DNA from: Candidatus Omnitrophota bacterium
GTDB taxonomy: Bacteria; Omnitrophota; Gorgyraeia; Duberdicusellales; 4484-171
Length of the DNA: 64,000 nucleotides
NCBI GenBank assembly: GCA_003154195.1
Contig: PMCS01000009.1
Span: 19,014 to 83,013, forward strand
Direction of reading: 5' to 3'
The notes below the pieces were generated by a model. That model ran no database searches, had not been told where the DNA came from, and saw only the letters and a list, made by a program, of their open reading frames with translations. Position numbers and translations under genes: made by a program. How positions within the stretch are numbered: the first letter of the stretch is position 1; every line of letters begins with the position of its first letter. Below, piece by piece: positions 55,162-64,000 of this stretch.

Positions 55162-55968
55162 TTACAAATCAGCCCTGTACTTCGCAATCAACGACGGAAC
55201 GACCGTATCGGCGTTAGCAATCAAATCGGCCTGGGCGTCTTCGAATAAAAACGGACGCAATTCTTCCGCCTGCTTTTTTAATTCCGCCGGCGAAAAGCTC
55301 TTAACTCTTTTAGCAATAACCTCCAGCGGGTTTTCCTTGATCCCCAACGAAGCCAGGACTTTCCGGTTAATCGGATAATTTTGGGAAAGCATAAAAATTA
55401 TATCGTACAGGTGCCGCGCCCGCGTTTTTTTAACCAGGGCGTCGATTTTATCGGCAAACAGCGCGCTCTTGTCGGTGCAGCCGCAGGTAAAAATCTCCCC
55501 AAAGCCGTTGATTACTTCGCTTTCCCTGACGATTTTCCATTTGGGCGTATTCGTCTCAATTTTAATGACAATCCCGGCTTTCTTCGAATACGCCGATTTA
55601 ACATTATACGCTTTTTCGATTTCCGGAAAGATTAAATTCCCCGCGAAAATATTACGCCAATGCTTAAAATTAACATCGGCAATAATGTTAGAACGGGCCA
55701 GCTCGGTTTTTACCTTATCCAGCAAGGTTTCAAACTGCCCCCCGGAAAGCTCATCGCAGTTAAAATCAAGGTCTTCAGAAAACCGTTTTAGATTATGCAC
55801 CAGCCGCAGGTATGTCCCGCCGGTAAAATACAGATGCTTACCGGTATCGGCCTTATAAATCTCTTTTAAAATCAATACCTGCAAATATTCGCGCAATACC
55901 CCGCGCATCTTATTACCCGGCATGCCCCGCAGTTTTGCCTGTTCGGTTAAACTCTCATAGGTCAGCAT
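55162..55968 (-). CDS. AbiEii/AbiGii-family nucleotidyltransferase toxin
   Basis: …REYLQVLILKEI…LYFTGGTYLRLVHNLKRFSEDLDF… family signature. Confidence 0.75.
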   Translation of the reverse strand: MLTYESLTEQAKLRGMPGNKMRGVLREYLQVLILKEIYKADTGKHLYFTGGTYLRLVHNLKRFSEDLDFNCDELSGGQFETLLDKVKTELARSNIIADVNFKHWRNIFAGNLIFPEIEKAYNVKSAYSKKAGIVIKIETNTPKWKIVRESEVINGFGEIFTCGCTDKSALFADKIDALVKKTRARHLYDIIFMLSQNYPINRKVLASLGIKENPLEVIAKRVKSFSPAELKKQAEELRPFLFEDAQADLIANADTVVPSLIAKYRADL

Positions 55969-56569
55969 AAATCACCTCTTCTACGTCGATATTATACTGC
56001 TTAGCGTATTTTTCCAGTTTCTTCTTATTCATCCCCGCGATAATGTTTTTATCCATCCGCTCTTCGCCTAAGATTGCCCGCTTCTTCCCGCGAAAGGTTT
56101 TAAAATGGACAAAATCGATTAAAGCCTTTTCCGGTTCGGCAATCAGGACATCGAAATCTCCCTGCCGTTCCACATAATAACCGCCAAACGCCTCTTTTTT
56201 TATCGTCCGGTAAATAAATAACCCGTGCAGGTTCCTGAATTTACGGGTAGGCTTGGTAGTAATCGAAGTCACCGCCATCGATACTTCCGGAATAACGCTG
56301 TAATGGGATAAAGCCGTCTCCAGGGAAACATACGACGGCGCGTATAAGCGGTTGGCAATATGCATATCGGAAATAGCATATTCCTCAGGATAAATCAATT
56401 CATAAAAATCTCGCTTCAATGCCCGGATAAACCCCTTTCCTTTCCAGCGATAAAGCAGTTTTTTAAGGCTCTCTTTTTTCTCCCGCGGGTAAAAAGAAAG
56501 CACATCCTCGCTGGTGAAAAGATAGTATTTTTTTCCCGATAATGTTTTATAAAATTCTTCGAATTTCAT
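55955..56569 (-). CDS. AbiEi-family antitoxin / transcriptional regulator
   Basis: Sits directly upstream of and overlaps AbiEii; AbiEi-like sequence. Confidence 0.65.
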   Translation of the reverse strand: MKFEEFYKTLSGKKYYLFTSEDVLSFYPREKKESLKKLLYRWKGKGFIRALKRDFYELIYPEEYAISDMHIANRLYAPSYVSLETALSHYSVIPEVSMAVTSITTKPTRKFRNLHGLFIYRTIKKEAFGGYYVERQGDFDVLIAEPEKALIDFVHFKTFRGKKRAILGEERMDKNIIAGMNKKKLEKYAKQYNIDVEEVIYADL

Positions 56570-56623
56570 AGTATTTCACATAAAGAATATATATGTCCTT
56601 TACCTGAAATAAGTATACAATAT

Positions 56624-58252
56624 TTAATGTGGGTTGTCAAGGGCGTACAACGCTTCCCGCGAAAGCTTAAGGGCTTCGTCAGCCAGGTATTCATCGAGCA
56701 GCATTTGCCGGTTGATAAAGCCGTCAGGCGTGATTTCGATGATGCGATTAGCCAGGGTCTGGATAAACTGGTGGTCCTGCGAAGAAAAAAGCAATGTTCC
56801 GGTAAAATTCTCCAGGCCTTTGTTGAGAGACGTGATCGATTCCATATCCAGGTGGTTGGTGGGTTCATCCATCACCAATACATTCGCGCCGGTGAGCATC
56901 ATCCGCGCGAACATGCAGCGGACCTTTTCGCCGCCGGAAAGCACGCTCACGCTCTTAAGCGTCTCGTCCCCGGAAAATAACATCTTCCCCAGGAAACTGC
57001 GGATAAAATCCTCCTCCTTATTGCCGGAATACTGCCTCAACCAATCAATAAGGTTCAAGCCGGACTCAAAATATTTTTTATTATCTTTGGGGTAGTAGGC
57101 GACCAACGCTGACGCGCCCCACTTATACGTACCACTGCCGGGGGTTAATTGGCCCATGATCGTCTCAAACAACGCCGTCTTGACCAGGTCATTGCGGCCT
57201 AAAAACGCGATGCGCTCTCCTTTTTGCACGCTCAAGGTAAAGTCATTAAGCATCGTCCGGCCATCGGCCGCGATACTCATGTGTTCGATATCCAGAATAT
57301 CATTACCCGCTTCTTTCTCGCTTTTAAAATAAATATGCGGGTAGCGGCGCGACGAGGGCTTAATATCATCCAGGGTCAGTTTCTCCAGAAGTTTTTTACG
57401 GCTGGTGGCCTGCCGCGATTTTGAAGCATTAGCGCTGAAGCGCGCGATAAATTCCTGCAATTCCTTGCGCTTTTCCTCGATCTTTTTGTTCGAATCGGAA
57501 CGCTGGCGCAAAACTAATTGGCTCGATTCATACCAGAAAGAGTAATTACCCGCATACAGCTGTATCTTGCCAAAATCAAGATCGGCGATATGAGTGCACA
57601 CCTTGTCGATAAAATGGCGGTCATGGGAAATAACGATAACGGTATTCTTAAACTCATATAAAAACTCCTCAAGCCATAAGTTAGTTTCGACATCTAAATG
57701 GTTAGTCGGCTCATCCAGAAGTAATATATCCGGGTTCCCGAACAGCGCCTGCGCTAAAAGCACGCGCACTTTCTGGCTCGATTCAAGCTGTTTCATCTTT
57801 AAACCATGCAGCTTTTCCTTAACGCCCATCCCGCTCAACAGCTTTGCCGCCTCACCTTCGGCATCCCAGCCATTGAGTTCGCCGAATTCATGCTCCAGCT
57901 CAGCGGCAAGCATGCCGTCAGCGTCGCTGAAATCAGGCTTGGCATATAAGGCGTCCTTTTCAGTCATGATCTCATAGAGCCGTTTATGGCCCATGACAAC
58001 GGTAGCCAGCGCGGTATATTCATCATAGGCGTACTGGTCCTGCTTGAGCATCGATAAACGTTTACGCGGCTCAACACTCACTTCTCCGGCGCTGGGCTCG
58101 ACTTCTCCGGCCAAAATCTTCAGAAATGTAGTTTTGCCGGAACCATTGGCGCCGATAAGGCCATAGCAATTACCCGCCGAAAACGTAGCATTCACATTTT
58201 CGAACAAAGGTTCTTTGCCAAATCGTAAGGTAACATTAATCGCGGATATCAT
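56624..58252 (-). CDS. ABC-F family ATPase (two tandem ABC domains, no TMD)
   Basis: Two Walker A sites (GANGSGKTT, G.NG.GKT), two LSGGE/LSGGEK signatures, inter-domain linker. Confidence 0.85.
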   Translation of the reverse strand: MISAINVTLRFGKEPLFENVNATFSAGNCYGLIGANGSGKTTFLKILAGEVEPSAGEVSVEPRKRLSMLKQDQYAYDEYTALATVVMGHKRLYEIMTEKDALYAKPDFSDADGMLAAELEHEFGELNGWDAEGEAAKLLSGMGVKEKLHGLKMKQLESSQKVRVLLAQALFGNPDILLLDEPTNHLDVETNLWLEEFLYEFKNTVIVISHDRHFIDKVCTHIADLDFGKIQLYAGNYSFWYESSQLVLRQRSDSNKKIEEKRKELQEFIARFSANASKSRQATSRKKLLEKLTLDDIKPSSRRYPHIYFKSEKEAGNDILDIEHMSIAADGRTMLNDFTLSVQKGERIAFLGRNDLVKTALFETIMGQLTPGSGTYKWGASALVAYYPKDNKKYFESGLNLIDWLRQYSGNKEEDFIRSFLGKMLFSGDETLKSVSVLSGGEKVRCMFARMMLTGANVLVMDEPTNHLDMESITSLNKGLENFTGTLLFSSQDHQFIQTLANRIIEITPDGFINRQMLLDEYLADEALKLSREALYALDNPH

Positions 58253-58306
58253 AAGAAATTAAGATTGGAAATCCCGGGGAAACCGGATTCCTCCATTTGT
58301 ATGGTT

Positions 58307-58394
58307 CGTGTAATTCGTTGTTAAATTTTTCTTTGCCCCCTTCTTTTTCTCAATCTGTAAAATCTGCGTAATCTGTGGTTAAAAATTATTGTTT
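58307..58394 (+). repeat. ~90-bp ATCTG element, copy C (caatctgtaaaatctgcgtaatctgtggtt)
   Basis: See 54211. Confidence 0.5.
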
Positions 58395-61300
58395 TTATTT
58401 TATCTCCTCCACTTCCCCACTATCAAAATAAACCAGATACCCCTTTATCTTCTTACCCGGATATATCTCCCCCACAATTTCTTTATATTCTTTTACCTGC
58501 TCGACATGCGCCGCGAAATTATCCTTCGAACTCTTAAAATCGATCAGCACCGCATCCTCCGCCACAATCAACCGGTCAATGCGTTTTAAATTGCCCCGTT
58601 TGTCGGCTACTTCGTATTCGCAAAAGACCAGCGCTTTATCCGTATAGAAAAATGGTTTTAAATCCGGCTGTTTCAATAAAGTGAGCGCCTTCTTCTCGTA
58701 AACGCTAAAATCATCAATTTGCGGAAATAATATTTTGGCATCGTTGATTGCCCGCGCCACCGCTTCTTTTTCTTTTCCCTTCGCCGGCGCCGTAATCCGG
58801 GAAAAAATCGCGTGCAAGACCGTTCCTTCTAAAATCACCTGCCGGCGGCACAGGCTTCCCTCGTCGCCGAATTCTTCGCGCAATAGTTTAATCCAGTTGC
58901 CATAACAGGAAGGCTTGATATACTCCGCCATATCGCTTTTAGCCTCTGACTTTAATCCCGCGACGGGCTTACCCAGCTCGACGTTAGCGCCAGGAAAAAA
59001 TAACCGGGCAAGGTTAGCGGCGTTAGCGCTCTTTTTCGGCAGAAAAGCATAAATCTCATCTTTGGCGCGGGTTAACGCGACATAGATATTATTTAATTCA
59101 TCGACGCAAGCCCGGGCGTAAGCGGCCTCATATTTTGCCGCCAGGGTTTCGCTGAAAAGACAATGGGCCTGGGTGATACGCAATAACCCTAAATCCGGGG
59201 CGTGAGCCTGGTCCACATAAGCCGACTTCATCTTACCGTCGGCAGGGTTGATGTCCATACGTAAAAACGGGATGACCACCACATTATATTCCAGGCCCTT
59301 AGCCTTATGGACGGTCAGCACTTTAACTGCCTCACTAAGCCTGGCGTTAACAAAAAAATCTTCTTCGGGGAAATCGCTCTCGAAAAACTTTAAGAAATCG
59401 CCGAGCCCCGGATAATCATTTTCCTGTTTTTTTATCACCTCTAAAAGCTTCATAAAAAATCCCTGGCTTTGGGGAAAAAGCCGGCCCAGTTCGAATTTCG
59501 CGTAAATATCCACCGTCAGTTCGTAGTTAGAAATAAATCCGACGCTGCGGAAAAATTCATCGAAAAACTTACCCCAGAGCGCGGGGTATTTTTTCCGGAA
59601 TAACCGGTATAGCCGCGCCTCCGGCAATTCCTTAGCCTTACGGGAATTAGTGCCGAATAAAAATCCGGCGGCTTCCTCGCGCGGCAAGCCGGCAGCGTTC
59701 GTAAAAATATCGCTTAAAATAAACAGAGCGAAACTGTTATCGTCGATCGGCGAATGCAGGAATTTGAGCAGATTCACCAGGGCGGCGACATGGGGATTGC
59801 GCCGGACATCAAGCGTCTTCTCCGACTCCACGGGAATACCCGCTTCAATCAACCAGGAACTGACCGCCTCGACGTCGTTATTATCGCGGCAGAGGAACGC
59901 GATGTCTCCCAGGGAAAAACGCTTCCGAGCGGAGGCGACGATCTCTAAAATCTTAGGCCGGATAAAATCATTACGCGCCTGGTTGCTGTCGGCATCGACG
60001 CGCTCGACGCGCACATACCCGCCGTTTTTACCGAAAGATACTTTTTGATGGGCATTACCGAAGGTATCGAGAATCTCCCGGCGCGCCTGGGCGCTAAGGC
60101 CAAAATCGTCGCCCGCCAGCGTTGCGGCTAAATTATCCCGCGAAAAGATGTGGTTGTTAAATTCAACGATTTCCTGCCGGCTGCGCCAATTGGTATCCAG
60201 TATCGAAGTTTGCGCGCCGAAACGGCCATAGCCACGCCGGACCTCGTCGAACAGCCGGGCCTCACCGCCGCGGAAGCGGTAAATCGCCTGCTTCCGGTCG
60301 CCGACGTAGAAAAACGTCCCGCCCGCGGAAAGAGCGTCTTCGACCATCAACTCTAAATTACGCCACTGTAACGAGCTCGTATCCTGGAACTCATCGATCA
60401 AATAATGCCGGTAACGCGCGGAAAGACGGTAATAAATCTCCGCCACGCTCAACCCCTCTTCGCCAAAAAGCGAACGCGCGAAGCGGTTAAGCTGCTCTAA
60501 AAACAGGACATCGTCCTTGCGGGAAAAATCTTCGAAGTAACGCTGGGCCTGCGCGAACAGCCGGACATAAGGGTTATACGCCACGGTCGCGTCAAGTTCA
60601 GCGAGGCCGGTGATTTTACGCCGTAGCGCCTGCCACTTTTTCACGAAACCGGCGGGCGCGATTTTCTTCTTATTCATCGGCGGTTCGTCCTGGGCTAAAA
60701 GCTTCGATAAATTGGCGATATCGAAAAAATCGTCGTGTTTTTCCAGGAACCGGCCGAGCCACCCGCCAAACGGGCCGTTGATACCCTCGGGAAGATGATT
60801 CTGCAGATCCTGAAGCTGGGCGAATATTTCTTTTTTCGCGGCAAGCACGTCTTTAGAGCCGCCTTTATAAGGGGCGAATTCGCCGCCGTAACAATTAGTC
60901 AGCGCGAACAATCCGCGCAGCATCTCTAAAATATTTTCTTTGGGGAACCAGCCGGTCCGCGCCTCGACAAAGAGATAATGGCGCAGAAACTCGGTAAAAA
61001 TTCCCAGAAGTTCTTTGTCCGAAACCGTCTCATCGACCGCTTTATCGAAAGCGTATTCGATATAATCGGCATAGCCGCGCCGAATGCCGAAACTGGCGGA
61101 ACGGCCGATATTTAAAGCGCAGCCCAAAAGCAAAGCGTTGATAAACGAATCGATTGTCTGGACACTGAAAAAATTATAATGGCGGATGAGTTCGTCTAAA
61201 ATCGCGCGGGCGCGCTCCGGCGATTCTTTTTCGGATAGGTTTAAAGCATTTAGGATATCCTGTTTTTCCTGGGGGCTGGTAAACTTATCCAGAGCGATTT

Positions 61301-61511
61301 TCTTCAAAAACTCTAAAATCCTTTCTTTCATCTCCACCATCGCTTTATTGGTGAAGGTTATCGCGAGAATATTGCGTAAAGGGCTGCCGCCCGGCGGAAG
61401 GCCGCGGTCAAAGATAAGCTCCAGGTATCGCTTAGCCAGGCAGTAAGTCTTACCTGAACCGGCGGAAGCTTCTACGATAAAAACATGGGCCTTTTCGGAT
61501 ACTTTCTCCAT
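58395..61511 (-). CDS. AddA-like UvrD/Rep-family helicase with C-terminal PD-(D/E)xK nuclease domain
   Basis: N-terminal FIVEASAGSGKT Walker A, UvrD helicase motifs, C-terminal …RIDRLIV…VLIDFKSS nuclease motif. Confidence 0.8.
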   Translation of the reverse strand: MEKVSEKAHVFIVEASAGSGKTYCLAKRYLELIFDRGLPPGGSPLRNILAITFTNKAMVEMKERILEFLKKIALDKFTSPQEKQDILNALNLSEKESPERARAILDELIRHYNFFSVQTIDSFINALLLGCALNIGRSASFGIRRGYADYIEYAFDKAVDETVSDKELLGIFTEFLRHYLFVEARTGWFPKENILEMLRGLFALTNCYGGEFAPYKGGSKDVLAAKKEIFAQLQDLQNHLPEGINGPFGGWLGRFLEKHDDFFDIANLSKLLAQDEPPMNKKKIAPAGFVKKWQALRRKITGLAELDATVAYNPYVRLFAQAQRYFEDFSRKDDVLFLEQLNRFARSLFGEEGLSVAEIYYRLSARYRHYLIDEFQDTSSLQWRNLELMVEDALSAGGTFFYVGDRKQAIYRFRGGEARLFDEVRRGYGRFGAQTSILDTNWRSRQEIVEFNNHIFSRDNLAATLAGDDFGLSAQARREILDTFGNAHQKVSFGKNGGYVRVERVDADSNQARNDFIRPKILEIVASARKRFSLGDIAFLCRDNNDVEAVSSWLIEAGIPVESEKTLDVRRNPHVAALVNLLKFLHSPIDDNSFALFILSDIFTNAAGLPREEAAGFLFGTNSRKAKELPEARLYRLFRKKYPALWGKFFDEFFRSVGFISNYELTVDIYAKFELGRLFPQSQGFFMKLLEVIKKQENDYPGLGDFLKFFESDFPEEDFFVNARLSEAVKVLTVHKAKGLEYNVVVIPFLRMDINPADGKMKSAYVDQAHAPDLGLLRITQAHCLFSETLAAKYEAAYARACVDELNNIYVALTRAKDEIYAFLPKKSANAANLARLFFPGANVELGKPVAGLKSEAKSDMAEYIKPSCYGNWIKLLREEFGDEGSLCRRQVILEGTVLHAIFSRITAPAKGKEKEAVARAINDAKILFPQIDDFSVYEKKALTLLKQPDLKPFFYTDKALVFCEYEVADKRGNLKRIDRLIVAEDAVLIDFKSSKDNFAAHVEQVKEYKEIVGEIYPGKKIKGYLVYFDSGEVEEIK

Positions 61512-61597
61512 AGCGGGTATTATATAGCGTTAAAAAAAATTAAAAACTAAAAAATTTATTGTTGACGCGAAACATTTTATAAAGTATATTAATATCG

Positions 61598-61885
61598 ATG
61601 GAAAAATCTACCGTATTGGAAAGTATTATTAACGAAGTCATGTGCGGTTACTTCCGGGAAGAAAACGATACCTGCAAATGCCCGGCCTGCAAGGAATATA
61701 TCGTCGCCACGCTGATGAAGCGTTTATCCCCCCAATTTGCCGAGATGCTGAAAGATAAAAAGGCGATTCGGGTGCAAGTCGTAGACAATCAAATCAAAGC
61801 CGATGTGATGCGAGAATTCATGTCGGTAATCAGCTCCCTCAAAAACAACCCCCAAGCCAGCATCGGCTGCGTTAACAATAAGTAA
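61598..61885 (+). CDS. ComFB-family protein (cyclic-dinucleotide-binding small protein family)
   Basis: …CKCPACKEYIVATLMKRLSPQF… matches the C.C..C…A.ALN.LPP.Y ComFB pattern. Confidence 0.5.
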   Translation: MEKSTVLESIINEVMCGYFREENDTCKCPACKEYIVATLMKRLSPQFAEMLKDKKAIRVQVVDNQIKADVMREFMSVISSLKNNPQASIGCVNNK

Positions 61886-61951
61886 ACCCCGTTAGAGAAC
61901 TTCGTTCTCTAACGGGGTAAAGGTAAATTACCAACCCGTTCCTGCAAATAT

Positions 61952-62476
61952 CTAATTTTCTTTATTCACCCTCACAACATTCGGCGAGATTACCAGGCCA
62001 TAAACCAGCAAAAACAAAGAATAAAACAATAGTACCAATCCAAAAATAGTGACGGCCGTCCATAATCCTTTATATTTTATCATCCCTAAATTTATTGCAA
62101 ATTCCTTGGGCAAAATAAGAATGATTATTGATAAGGGGAGGGAAAGAATCAACCGGGGAACCTGGCTATATCCCTGGATATTCATAATCTTCTTAAAAGT
62201 CAAATCTTTCCCAAACATCCTCACGATCATTTTCAGGCAAAAAGCCGTCAAAAGAAAACTCAGAACACCGTAAGCTAAAAAGATCACATATGACAAAAAT
62301 TTTGAATTAAACTTTTCCGCGACTATTCCGAAAAAACCTTTTTGGGCCGCCCGCGCGTAACCAAAATATAATGATATCAAAAAACTAACCCAATAAAACT
62401 TGACGTAAGGAAGATCCAAGAGTGTTTGCTTCGGCTTTACGAACATCCCGATAAGAGCCCTGAGCTGTTCTTTCAT
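61952..62476 (-). CDS. Polytopic membrane protein (Yip1-like), hypothetical
   Basis: 4-5 TM segments; weak family resemblance only. Confidence 0.4.
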   Translation of the reverse strand: MKEQLRALIGMFVKPKQTLLDLPYVKFYWVSFLISLYFGYARAAQKGFFGIVAEKFNSKFLSYVIFLAYGVLSFLLTAFCLKMIVRMFGKDLTFKKIMNIQGYSQVPRLILSLPLSIIILILPKEFAINLGMIKYKGLWTAVTIFGLVLLFYSLFLLVYGLVISPNVVRVNKEN

Positions 62477-62558
62477 CGTTTTACCTCCTTAATTTGTTTG
62501 CATACTGCGAAACGCACCATGCTGGAATTATAGCATAGATTCGAAAGCCTGTCCCTAC

Positions 62559-63617
62559 CTATATCTCCACCAATTCATAATCCATCGCTCCCAGGCCGAT
62601 GCTCTGGCCGTATTCAAGCTGGCGCAGGTAATTTATCTGGGGGTGGGCTTTTTTCAATGGGTCCTCCTGGTTTTGCGCCAAAATTAAATCAACGCCGGCT
62701 TTATCGATTGCCACCGGGTCGTCGCTGAACAACACGCCGATATCCGGGATAAAACCTTCATCTTCTTTGTTCATGCAATCACACTCAGTAGTAACATAAA
62801 GTAAAAAATTGGCGTAAACGCAGTTCTTCACCGATTTAGCCGCGGCATAGGCGTATTCAGCGACTTTTTCCGAGATAAAATCAGAATCGTTGGCCCAGGA
62901 AATATCTACCGCGCCATAACGGCACACGCTCAGGCATTGGGCGCAGCCGATACACCGTTCTCCGACAATCGCGTATTTGTCACCCTGTTTATCAATTGCT
63001 GCCACGGAACAATTAGCAAAACAGGCGCCGCAGGCGACGCATCGATCTTTATGGATAAAAGGGCTGACCGTGCAATGCTGGGCAAGTTTTCCCCGGCGCG
63101 CCGCGCAGCCCATGCCTAAATTTTTCACCGCGCAGCCAAAACCGGTCAGCATATGGCCGGTCATATGCGATAAAACAATCAGGGAATCGATATCTTTCAG
63201 GATAGCGGCCAGGTAACATTTCTCAAAATGTTTCTTGTAGATTTCCTTTTCGATAAAGTCCGCGCCCTTCATGCCGTCACCGATCATAATCGGCAGGTTA
63301 AGTTTGCCGAAGCCGTGGCCGGCCGCGATACTAAGATGGTCCACGCTGTTGCCGCGCCGGCCGTGATAAAGGGTATTGGTGTCGAATAAAAACGCTTTGG
63401 CGCCCGATTCTTTCAGGAAATGCGCCAGCTTAAACAGGTAATTGGGGTTGATGAAAGATTTATTGCCCCGTTCGCCGAAATGGATTTTCAGGCCTAAAAA
63501 ATCGTTTTTCTTGATCGCAGCGCTAAGGCCGAGGCGTTCAAACCCGTCGAGAACGAGCTGGGGGTTCTTGAAGAAATCTTCGTGGGTCCCTTTTTTGAAA
63601 AATACTTTTGGCTTCAC
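62559..63617 (-). CDS. DUF362-domain protein with 2x[4Fe-4S] ferredoxin insert
   Basis: DUF362-like N-terminus and C-terminus; CVACGACFANC and CIGCAQCLSVC clusters. Confidence 0.7.
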   Translation of the reverse strand: MKPKVFFKKGTHEDFFKNPQLVLDGFERLGLSAAIKKNDFLGLKIHFGERGNKSFINPNYLFKLAHFLKESGAKAFLFDTNTLYHGRRGNSVDHLSIAAGHGFGKLNLPIMIGDGMKGADFIEKEIYKKHFEKCYLAAILKDIDSLIVLSHMTGHMLTGFGCAVKNLGMGCAARRGKLAQHCTVSPFIHKDRCVACGACFANCSVAAIDKQGDKYAIVGERCIGCAQCLSVCRYGAVDISWANDSDFISEKVAEYAYAAAKSVKNCVYANFLLYVTTECDCMNKEDEGFIPDIGVLFSDDPVAIDKAGVDLILAQNQEDPLKKAHPQINYLRQLEYGQSIGLGAMDYELVEI

Positions 63618-63619
63618 GC

Positions 63620-64000
63620 AAATATTATAAGGGAAATAAGCTAATTAGCCATTATTTTTTGTTAATCACCTGCATGCGAACGGACGCTCGTGCCAGTCCC
63701 GCCATAGGCGGGGAATGAATTGTTTCCCGCTTCGCCTTCGGCTTCGCGGGACTCGCTATATGTTTGTATAAAGATGAATCGCGCGCGCAAAGGGCGGTCA
63801 ACGGCCATTCGCCTGTGAGACTTACCCCTTAAGAAGAGTTGAGGGAACAATCCGTTCGCGAGAGCGGAAGCCCAACTTCGCGTTCGCGCCGATGTCTCAT
63901 CGGCGCGAACACCTGAACCAGCCGCCCCGCCCCGGTCGGCTTAAGCGACGCGGCAAATTATTCTATAGCCTCCCGAACGGCAGGATCGTAAACCTTCAAG
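63620..64000 (+). other. GC-rich (~58%) structured non-coding region at the window edge; candidate ncRNA or regulatory RNA (truncated by the window end)
   Basis: Perfect hairpins cccgcc-atag-gcggg and gttcgcgccgatg-tctc-atcggcgcgaac; no long ORF. Confidence 0.3.

Noticed and set aside
54211-58394. Integron-like attC sites for the ~90-bp cassette-boundary elements
   Set aside because: The elements lack the internal R''/L''-L'/R' inverted-repeat symmetry of attC and no integron integrase is present; they were kept as an unexplained repeat family instead.

Overview
This 64 kb window is an AT-rich, gene-dense segment from an uncultivated-looking, probably diderm bacterium (an outer-membrane beta-barrel C-terminus, lipoprotein signals and a PilT-family ATPase are present). 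No rRNA or tRNA genes and no CRISPR array were found.

The left third (1-10.7 kb) holds two complete phosphate-uptake operons in tandem: pstS-pstC-pstA-pstB-(arsC/LMW-PTP-like)-phoU, then pstS-pstC-pstA-pstB-pstB-phoU. The middle is mixed housekeeping and signalling: LysM/M23, metallophosphoesterase, HIT, HD-GYP, SPOR, SH3b, aroB, two PilZ genes, a radical SAM enzyme, rsmH, a PilZ-PilT fusion, dGTPase, an EF-G homolog, nadA, type III glutamine synthetase, rpmB and others. The right end (50-61.5 kb) is a mobile and defence island: a RelE/AbrB toxin-antitoxin pair, a REP-associated tyrosine transposase (RAYT), a retropepsin-like protease with a small partner gene, an AbiE toxin-antitoxin pair and an ABC-F ATPase. 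This island sits between an AddB-like nuclease gene and an AddA-like helicase-nuclease gene.

The most unusual observations are these. (1) The second pst operon has two different pstB genes whose motif losses are exactly complementary, so they would form a heterodimer with one canonical and one degenerate ATP site. The second copy also lacks a canonical start codon; CTG behind a perfect Shine-Dalgarno sequence is the likely start. (2) A 1495-aa two-transmembrane protein combines two histidine-kinase-like ATPase domains with a transglutaminase-like Cys-His-Asp protease domain, TPR repeats and a tandem KDEG low-complexity repeat. (3) The EF-G homolog carries a roughly 460-aa N-terminal extension: a transmembrane anchor, a coiled coil and a Pro/Ala/Glu-rich linker. 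(4) Two RAYT genes are each associated with the motif GGGGACAGCTACCAT. One has a triplicated upstream end; the other has two 20-bp perfect GC palindromes in frame inside its coding sequence. (5) Several families of conserved intergenic elements recur, including a ~90-bp element with a triple ATCTG core that bounds the island cassettes, a bipartite hairpin plus AT-palindrome leader upstream of three genes, and two MITE-like families. (6) c-di-GMP-related genes are enriched. (7) An S2P-family protease homolog has both HExxH histidines replaced.

All calls rest on reading the translated ORFs and the DNA directly. No database searches were run.
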